DNA of 49,825 nucleotides from assembly GCA_964248365.1 (NCBI GenBank), contig CAXTYC010000037.1:1-49825 (forward strand), written 5' to 3'. The notes under the pieces are model-generated. The model did not search any database, was not told the origin of the DNA, and saw only the letters and a program-made list of their open reading frames with translations. Shown piece after piece: positions 41,810 through 49,825 of the stretch. The translations under genes were made by a program, and so were the position numbers. Every line of letters starts with the position of its first letter. Within the stretch, counting starts at the first letter, position 1. Source of the stretch: an uncultured Chroococcidiopsis sp. GTDB taxonomy: Bacteria; Cyanobacteriota; Cyanobacteriia; Cyanobacteriales; Chroococcidiopsidaceae.

Positions 41810-42865
41810 TTAATCATTAGGATCAACGCCATCCTGACACTGATTTCTACTATTTTTATTTGGGAAGGCTGTAATAATGGCACCATCGGATATCCTGATA
41901 ATCACTGTAACAGTTTTAGTATCCTTTAGCCTTGGATAGTTCTCATTCAGCTCTCTGAGATATATCTCCCGTGAGAAGCATATCTTTCTTCTATCAATTA
42001 TTCCAGTCTTCTTATCTTTTCCATATGACGTTTCATCTGGACTAGATAGTACTCCTCGAATCCCTATATCCGCGACATCTGTCCAATCTCCTTCACCAAA
42101 CGGGAATAGTGCCTCTTCGACCAAAGCCGTCCACTCTTTTTTATGTTTCTCCTCAATATGTAGAAAACCGTAACCTTCGTCACCGCCTTTACCACACAAA
42201 AGTTGACTAACACCGTTTGGATATTCGGGGTAATAGATTTCTGTGCGAAAAAAATCTCTTATAGGTTTGTTCTCATTAGCATTAGCATTCTTACAATTTC
42301 CCCAAGTCTCTCCCACTCCATTATCCAGTGGCGGTGGAACTCGATCGTGAATACCTGATGCCCAGATAACCTTATTATTTCTATCATAAGTTACTACATT
42401 GCCATCATTTTGTACTTCAAGACGATAAGGTGAAGTACCTATTCTATCCCTAAAAGCCCGAACTGCATTGCTAGAATTTAAACTAAATCTAGAATAAAGG
42501 ACAAAATTTCCATCTGCCTGCATAACAGCCCAATATACGGTTTTACCATTAGTCCTTGATGACCAAATAGACTGACGATTAATATTTTTAACATCATATT
42601 TATAAAGTACAAGATTGCCATCAGTCTGCATATCTAAAACATAACGCTTATTAGGCGAATTTAAGTGGTAGCCCGCACGCAAGGCCTGATCTTGTCTCAA
42701 TATATTGTTATCAGATCTATAGAATTCAGGACTTGTATCTGATATACCTACTATAGTAATTTGATTTTGAGCAAAAGACTTATTAATTTGAACCCCTCCT
42801 ACAGTAAATAATGTGGTAAATAGGGAAAAAGTAGTAAGCAAGCGACCAATTTTTGTAATATTCAC
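41810..42865 (-). CDS. Secreted bulb-type (B-) lectin protein with an uncharacterised C-terminal domain
   Basis: Signal peptide; three QxDxNxVxY motifs (QTDGNLVLY, QADGNFVLY, QNDGNVVTY); C-domain GYGFLHIEEKH...IITAFP. Confidence 0.85.
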   Translation of the reverse strand: MNITKIGRLLTTFSLFTTLFTVGGVQINKSFAQNQITIVGISDTSPEFYRSDNNILRQDQALRAGYHLNSPNKRYVLDMQTDGNLVLYKYDVKNINRQSIWSSRTNGKTVYWAVMQADGNFVLYSRFSLNSSNAVRAFRDRIGTSPYRLEVQNDGNVVTYDRNNKVIWASGIHDRVPPPLDNGVGETWGNCKNANANENKPIRDFFRTEIYYPEYPNGVSQLLCGKGGDEGYGFLHIEEKHKKEWTALVEEALFPFGEGDWTDVADIGIRGVLSSPDETSYGKDKKTGIIDRRKICFSREIYLRELNENYPRLKDTKTVTVIIRISDGAIITAFPNKNSRNQCQDGVDPND

Positions 42866-43062
42866 TGTTTTTTCCTTACTGTTGAGTGTGACAACGGTAA
42901 ATCTTTTTTCTTTATCATGTATAGTCTCATAAAATCAACTAATTATTGTACAAACCTCTATAAATCGTTATAAAAGTTTGAAATTTAGCTAATAGGGGAA
43001 TGACACTGAGACAAGACAAACCCTTTATTTGATAAGGGTTTGGAGCAATAAAACACAATAAT

Positions 43063-43830
43063 CCCGCATTTCTCACACAAGCGGAAAAATGAGTTATGAA
43101 ATCGGCTAAAATGTACTCATAGCAAGATTTTCAGCGTTTTAACCTCATGACTCCTTGTGCCACACAGTGTATCCCGCATCAATTCAATTTGGGAAATCTC
43201 CAAGGTAAACAGATAATTGCCAATTTTGAGGGAGGAAGAATTACCTCAGATGCTGGAATTGTGTTGATGGCAGAGTTAGATAAAAAACTGGGACTGACAG
43301 CTCGGTTTGCCAAATGTTTTCGGGATTATCGCCATTCATCATATGTAGATTATTCAGTATATGAGTTATTAGCACAACGAGTTTATGGCATCGTCTTAGG
43401 ATATGAAGATGTCAATGACCACGAGAAGTTGCGCTATGACCCATCCTTGGCACTGGCCTTGGGAAGACTCAATTTCATTGAATTGAATGCTGCGTTGTTA
43501 GCAGGAAAAAGCACAATAAATCGACTACAGTATTGCCCAGAAACAGTAGTAGACCAGAAAGAAAGTCGCTATCATAGAATCGAGCATCAACCCAAAGAGA
43601 TTGAAAAAGCTTTTGTAGAAATATTTTTAGAATCGTATAAGAAACCTCCAAGGGCAATCGTATTAGATATGGATGTAACGGATGACCAGGTGCATGGGAG
43701 GCAATAGGGAGCGTTCTTTAATACTTACTATAATGGGGTCTGCTATGCGCCTTTATATATTTTCTGTGGTCGTCATCTCTTAGCAGCTAAGTTGCGACCA
43801 TCCAATGTAGACCCAGCAGCAGGAGCCTTA
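43063..43830 (+). mobile_element. IS1380-family fragment
   Basis: FEGGRITSDAG, GYEDVNDH and LDMDVTDD.VHG.Q, then a stop, then FFNTYY...CYAPL; end CCCGCATTTCTCAC. Confidence 0.85.
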
Positions 43831-43849
43831 GTACTACAACCAACTACTT

Positions 43850-44489
43850 TTGACCGCACCCAATTGCCTGTGCATTGCAGCTAACCCCAGATGAGAGAGC
43901 GCATTTATTCATGCTGGCACTACAGCAGTTGCCACCAGATACTTACCCTCAGAAGGAAGCACTTAGCCCTGCTATTGTGCGTATAGTTAATAGTTTTGAG
44001 GCTGGTCCAGCTTATGTTACTGGGTATCAATTCGATGTTCTAGCTTGGAATCAAGCTGCGTGCGTTCTATTTGGCAATTACAACCTTATGACCTCCAGGG
44101 AGCGCAACTTTGTTTGGTATTTTTTTACCAACACATCTCATCGTCGTATGCTGGTGGACTGGGAGGGACATTCGCAGCTAGTGCTGGCTAAGTTTCGCAG
44201 TGTCTGTGGTCGTTACATAGGAGACGAGAAGCTAGCTCAACTAGCAGAGGATTTGCAAAGGGTTAGCCCAGAGTTTAAGCAATGGTGGTCTAGGCATGAT
44301 GTACAAGGTAAACCAGAAGGACTAAAAGAGTATGAGCATCCAATTGTAGGAAGGTTAGTTTTTGAGTACACCCTTTTTCAAGTAACTGAGACACCAGAGT
44401 TGACACTTGCTGTGTACATTCCATTACCTGAAACAGAAACTTACAATAAATTTCAGAAATTAATGGCGCATATGGGTTTTGAACCCTAG
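43850..44489 (+). pseudogene. MmyB-like regulator (ligand-binding domain), N-terminal HTH lost
   Basis: L.LTPDERAHLF.LA, PAYV....DVLAWN, SPEF..WW and HP.VG.L. Confidence 0.8.
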
Positions 44490-44560
44490 CATTACCAGCA
44501 TTTGAAGGTCTCTTTAGCAAATAGTCTAGATGCATTACTAATCCCGTATCTAAATCCAAC

Positions 44561-45951
44561 TAGTGCATCAGGGCAGGAATAGCTAGTCAGCTAGAATTAA
44601 AAGTACAGACCGAAAATTAGACAAGAACGGTCAGGTTACCAAGGTCACTCAATAGATAACTTTAGCTCTAATGCCCAGTACCCACGCCTTAACGATAAAT
44701 GTATCTCAAAGACAGCAACAACTTTTACAGCAAATCACGCGGTGCAAGATCAATTCTTATCGTCTAGTCCAACGGGCACAACTGGTGTTGCTTGCTGCTG
44801 CTGGGATGAAAAACATTATGATTGGGGAGCAGTTACAGTTGTCCCGGACTTCTGTGAGACAATGGCGACAACGCTGGCTTGAAGCAGTAGAGAAATTACA
44901 AACGGATCAAGCAAAAGGAATCAGTGATTCACAGTTAATGCAAAAGCTTGTAGCTGTGCTGACTGATGGACAGCGCCCAGGTGGGCCAGCTAAGTTTAGT
45001 CTGGAGCAGATTGTACAGATTGTAGCGGTAGCGTGTGAGCTACCGGAGAGTAGTGGACGACCTATTAGTCATTGGACACCAAGGGAGCTAGCTTTTGAGG
45101 TAGTAAAACGCGGCATTGTGCAGGAAATTTCCCCACGTAGTGTGGGGCGTTTTTTAAAACGAGGCCACATTGCAACCTCATCGTAACCGTTATTGGCTCA
45201 ATGCTCAGCCGGATGACCCAGATCAGTTTAAGCAACAAGTTAATCAAGTGTGTCAGCTGTACAAAGAAGCACAAAAGTTACAAGCAATAGGAGTACATAT
45301 AGTTAGTTGTGATGAGATGACAGGCATTCAAGCAATAGAACGCTCTTACCCAACCGAGACCATGACAATGGGGCAGGTTGAGCGGGCTGAATTTGAATAC
45401 ATTCGTCATGGCACGCTCAGTTTGATCGCCAATTGGGATGTGGCCGTTGGGCAAGTGCTAAGTTCCTCGATAGGTGCGACTCGTAATAGCAGCGATGGGT
45501 GCAACTCACATCGCTAACACAATTTCATCCGACCCACAAGCAAAGTGGATTTTCCTTGTAGATAAACTAAATACGCATAAGTCTGAAGCTTTAGTCCGAT
45601 TAGTCGCAAAGCATTGTCAACTTGATACTCACTTAGGAATAAAAGGCAAAGAAGGAATTCTACAATCGATGGAAACGCGAGCTACTTTTTTAAGTGACTC
45701 AACACATCTGATTGAGTTTGTTTACTTACCTAAGCACACCTCATGGCTGAATCAAATTGAGTGTTGGTTCAGCATTCTGGTACGTCGGCTGCTCAAACGC
45801 GGTAACTTTACTTCCACTGCTGATTTAAAGCAACAAATCTTAAGCTTTATTGCCTACTTCAATCGCACATTAGCAAAACCATTTAAGTGGAAGTTTAACG
45901 GTTACAAAGATATCATCTCAACTGGTTAATTTTTCCTGACAGCCTGCACTA
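44561..45951 (+). mobile_element. IS630-family element
   Basis: CTAG at both ends with imperfect TIR (TAGTGCA...TGCACTA). HTH ORF, TTTTTTAAAA slippery site, then DDE motifs DEMTG, EYIRHGT and SWLNQIE. Extra frameshift near 45490. Confidence 0.88.
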
Positions 45952-46465
45952 GCTGGAAAAAGATTTGATTAGATGCTGGGACTAGGAAAGGTCTGTGTAT
46001 AAAATTTTGGGCTATTATTTATTTGCAAAAATAACTCTCCCAAGCTTTGGTTGTTGTTAGAAACAACGCTCAATTTTGTTCTGAACCACATCGATGCAAG
46101 CCCCTTCTACAGCAACTCCTCTGTTTGTATTAAACCCGCTCCTCAAGATTTGAAACCTAAATTTTAACCGAAGATAGAATGAGAGTAACTGTTAGCTCAA
46201 AAGTCCAGCCTACTCCGTAAAGAGCCACTGTTTGCGTCAAAACTCTCTGCAAGTTAGCTCAAAAGAGATGGTCGTCGTCCCGATCTGCTGGTGGTGGATC
46301 GGAATGTTTGGAAGCGCAATACTAAAATCGAGCGATCGCTGCTGGCGCGTAGCAGAAAACATGGCATTATTCTGTCAAAGGCGCTCTAAGTTCATGTCGA
46401 TGTCAACTACGATGAATAAGGCAGACCAGGTAAGGATCTACAAAAGAACAAGGAACACGTAGCGC

Positions 46466-48397
46466 ATGATTAAACCACAGCAAGCAGCATTAGGATCTTG
46501 GCGATCGCCTATCACAGCAGACTTGATTACTTCAAGCACTGTCGGGCTAGGGCAGATTGCCCTAGATGGTGATGATATCTACTGGAGTGAGTCGCGGCCT
46601 TGGGAGCAAGGTCGAAGTGTGGTTGTCAAACAAAGTGCAAATCATCCTCTTGAAGATGTCACGCCTGCTGGCTTTAATGTGCGTACCCGCGTCCATGAGT
46701 ATGGCGGTGGCTCTTTCCTCGTCGCAGATCGCACTGTTTACTTTTCCAATTTTGCCGATCAACGCCTCTATCGTCAGGATGTCGATAAACAGCCGCAACC
46801 GATTACGCCCCAGGCAGCGATGCGCTACGGGGATGGTGTTTTTGATAGCCAACACCAGCGGATTATTTGCGTGTGTGAGGATCATACTGTTGCTTTCCGT
46901 GAGCCTTACAACACACTTGTCAGTGTTGGGCTGGAGGGGAATGGAAATCCTCAGCTACTGGTCTACGGGAACGACTTTTATGCATCACCTCGGCTTAGCC
47001 CTGATAGTTCTCACTTAGCTTGGATCGCTTGGAACCACCCAAATATGCCTTGGGATGGCACAGAACTATGGGTAGGGGAACTGAAAGCAGATGGCTCTGT
47101 GGGACACACTGAAAAAGTGGCGGGTGGATTAGATGAATCGATCTTCCAACCGCAGTGGTCGCCAGATGGTACTTTATACTTTATTTCAGACAAAACAGGT
47201 TGGTGGAATCTCTATCGCTGGCGCGATCGAGGTGTGGAAGGGCTGACTAATATGAAAGCTGAGTTTGGCTTGCCCCAATGGCTCTTGGGGATGTCCACTT
47301 ATGCTTTCTCCTCAGCTAGCCGCATCATTTGTACTTATAACCAGCAAGGTATTTGGTATTTGGCAAGCCTAGACATGACAACAGGTGAACACAAAACGCT
47401 GGCAACACCATACACAGAATTTAATTCGCTTCAAGCATCCTCTAAACGAGTGGTGTTCCGTGCTAGTTCTCCTACACAGTCAACAGCTATTGTTCAGTTA
47501 GATTTGACTACTAATGAACTTTCCATCCTGCGCCGTTCTAGTGAGGTGGCAATTGAGCCTGGTTATCTTTCGTCACCTGAAACAATTGAGTTTCCAACAG
47601 CCGATGGGCAGAAAGCGTATGCTCTGTTCTATGCGCCGCAAAACCAAGATTACACTGCTTTCCCTGGCCAGAAACCACCCCTGCTAGTCAAAAGTCACGG
47701 TGGTCCAACAGCAGCTGCTTCGAGTAGCCTAAACTTGGGAATTCAATACTGGACTAGCCGAGGAATAGCAGTTCTTGATGTGAATTACGGCGGCAGTACT
47801 GGTTACGGACGAGAGTATCGGCAGCGGCTGGATGGTCAGTGGGGAATTGTGGATGTCGATGATTGCGTCTTTGGGGCGCGTTATCTGGTAGAACGGGGGG
47901 AGGTTGACGGCGACGCTCTAGCAATTTCGGGCGGTAGTGCTGGTGGTTATACGACTCTGTGTGCGCTAACTTTCCGAAATACGTTTAAGGCGGGAGCAAG
48001 CTATTATGGAGTAAGCGATCTAGAAGCCCTAGCGCGGGATACGCACAAGTTCGAGTCGCGTTATTTGGATCGTCTGGTTGGTGCTTACCCACAGCAGCGT
48101 CAGCTTTATCAAGAGCGATCTCCCATCCACTTTACCGACCGTCTTGCCTGTCCGGTAATCTTCTTTCAAGGATTAGAAGATCGGGTTGTCCCGCCTGACC
48201 AGACTGAAGCAATGGTCAAAGTCCTACGTGCTAAAGGTTTGCCTGTGGCATATGTTCCCTTTGCAGGAGAACAGCATGGCTTCCGCAGCGCTCAAAATAT
48301 CAAACGCTCTCTGGAAGGCGAACTCTACTTCTACTCACGAGTTTTCGGCTTTGAACTGACCCAACCAGTTGAACGGGTGGAAATTGAAAACATTTAG
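46466..48397 (+). CDS. S9-family (prolyl oligopeptidase / acyl-peptide hydrolase-like) peptidase
   Basis: [20 protein letters not shown] nucleophile, QGLED.VV and EQHGF. Confidence 0.95.
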   Translation: MIKPQQAALGSWRSPITADLITSSTVGLGQIALDGDDIYWSESRPWEQGRSVVVKQSANHPLEDVTPAGFNVRTRVHEYGGGSFLVADRTVYFSNFADQRLYRQDVDKQPQPITPQAAMRYGDGVFDSQHQRIICVCEDHTVAFREPYNTLVSVGLEGNGNPQLLVYGNDFYASPRLSPDSSHLAWIAWNHPNMPWDGTELWVGELKADGSVGHTEKVAGGLDESIFQPQWSPDGTLYFISDKTGWWNLYRWRDRGVEGLTNMKAEFGLPQWLLGMSTYAFSSASRIICTYNQQGIWYLASLDMTTGEHKTLATPYTEFNSLQASSKRVVFRASSPTQSTAIVQLDLTTNELSILRRSSEVAIEPGYLSSPETIEFPTADGQKAYALFYAPQNQDYTAFPGQKPPLLVKSHGGPTAAASSSLNLGIQYWTSRGIAVLDVNYGGSTGYGREYRQRLDGQWGIVDVDDCVFGARYLVERGEVDGDALAISGGSAGGYTTLCALTFRNTFKAGASYYGVSDLEALARDTHKFESRYLDRLVGAYPQQRQLYQERSPIHFTDRLACPVIFFQGLEDRVVPPDQTEAMVKVLRAKGLPVAYVPFAGEQHGFRSAQNIKRSLEGELYFYSRVFGFELTQPVERVEIENI

Positions 48398-48947
48398 GCA
48401 ATTTTACCTCAAACATTAAGAAGCTATCCCAAAGCTGCGTGAGCGATCTGTGGGATGGGTGTCTGGCTCGTACCAAGCGCAGCTATATGACTTTCTCTTA
48501 TTCATGCAACAAAGCCCTGTAGAGATATATTATCTATTTTAGCAAAAGACAGGGATTACACAATAATTTTGTTAACAATGATTGATAGTTTACTTTTTAA
48601 ATCTTAAATCTACACTATCATAAAAACTCGCTTTCAATTTTAAGCGTTTTTCTAAAACAATTGCCAGGCGGACATAATTATACTTGGTAAATTAAAGATA
48701 TCAGTTAACTTAACCCTTTTGGAAAAGAACAGAGATAAACTATTAATGAATAAACTAATTAATCTCGTTACATTTGGCTTATAATACTTGTTAAAAAGTT
48801 TTGTCTGGTAAGTATTTATGACAGGATAATCATACCTTATGTTAGTTGCTAGCAATATTACTTTGTCCAAGCGTTACTGTACAAACACTTGCTGCTAGGT
48901 ATTGAGCCTCAATTTTTTAGTTTAAAGTTTTTTAGTACTTAAATTCA

Positions 48948-49471
48948 ATGTCAAACTTAACCCATACCTGCCTTTTAGGTTTTGACTGCAAAAGCATGAC
49001 GGGTTTTGAGAGCGATGATTGCCCAAATTTCCATGTCTGCGGCTCTTCTGCACGACGGCGCAGGGCGAATGACCAGGTAGCTGCTAGAGAATCAATTCCT
49101 TACTATGTTGATCTTAGAAATAATGCGTTAACCGTTAATCGTTTCTTGTCCCCAACTGCTTTACACTTAGCGCAAAAAATAAAAGTTTGACCGTCACACC
49201 TAGATCTTTACTACTAGTCCAATAAACTTAATACACGGTCAAACTTTTATTTTCAAGCTTCATTAAAAGAAGCAGGCTGGCACGTTGCCTCATCACTTCC
49301 TTATAGGTATGAAAACGATTGCTTGATAGTTGATGCAATTGATTACTACAACAACAGTGAGTCAACAATTATTGAACTTGAAGAAAAGGGATGGCAACCA
49401 CCTAAACTAGTGCCTTGGAAAATTGTTGATAGCTACTTGTTGGTCGTCCAAGATTTATTTGAAGCAGGATG
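48948..49471 (+). pseudogene. Degraded hypothetical gene ending at IS66
   Basis: Cys-rich 80-aa ORF with further coding-like frames up to the IS66 end. Confidence 0.4.
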
Positions 49472-49790
49472 GTAAGGATTCAGGTCAGAGGGTATTGACA
49501 AGGGTGACATCCGAGGCGGACTATCACAGTAATGGAAAAAAACCTGCCTCTTAAACTAGAGCGTGAAACCCTTAGACAGTTGGCTTTGGAACAACTGGTG
49601 GAGATCATTATCTCGCAGGCGATCGCAACAGAGAAATTAAACTCCAGAATTTTAGAACTAGAGCAAGAAGTACAAAAACTAAAGGTTAGTCGAGATTTAG
49701 ATAGTACTACATCATCGAAGCCACCATCTGGGGATATCCTAAAAAAATCAGAAAATCAAGAACAGCCAGGGGGTAATCCTGAATAAGTAA
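49472..49790 (+). mobile_element. IS66-family element, short (apparently internally deleted) copy
   Basis: Left end and first approximately 75 codons match the element at 5071; then CCTGAAT, resembling the inverted end. Confidence 0.75.
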
Positions 49791-49825
49791 GGATAGATAG
49801 CTCTAAAGCCGTAGCAATTCATTGT

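Noticed and set aside
1..49825. tRNA, rRNA, cas genes and phage structural genes
   Set aside because: No supporting motifs were found by eye; a formal search was not run.

Overview
A mobile-element-riddled accessory region of a cyanobacterium, probably plasmid or integrated-element DNA. Supporting signs are frequent HIP1 GCGATCGC octamers, a CcmK shell protein, a group-2-like sigma factor and cyanobacterial-type IS elements. Intact cargo includes a fused ABC exporter with an Ig-repeat protein, a catalase-family protein, an XRE plus hybrid histidine kinase pair, a xylulokinase, an orphan ccmK, a B-lectin fusion protein and an S9 peptidase. A plasmid/phage-like backbone block carries an HTH Rep-like gene, Rha, an XRE repressor, DUF3768, a ParB-like gene, an AAA_24/Sak4-like ATPase and hicA. 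Degraded IS1, IS6, IS66, IS701, IS1380 and IS630 elements are scattered throughout. Four structures are not visible in the ORF track. (1) A group II twintron: the inner intron (21279-23942) sits just after the YADD codons of the outer intron (20467-25397) and is itself hit by three miniature elements. (2) Two 21-nt elements are inserted precisely into HIP1 sites of one photolyase gene. (3) An orphan 37-37-37 bp CRISPR-like mini-array lies at 12039-12149. (4) Fourteen copies of hairpin MITEs (about 100-140 bp) fall into four groups; one family shows combinatorial shuffling of its arms. All calls come from reading the sequence by eye; no database search was run.
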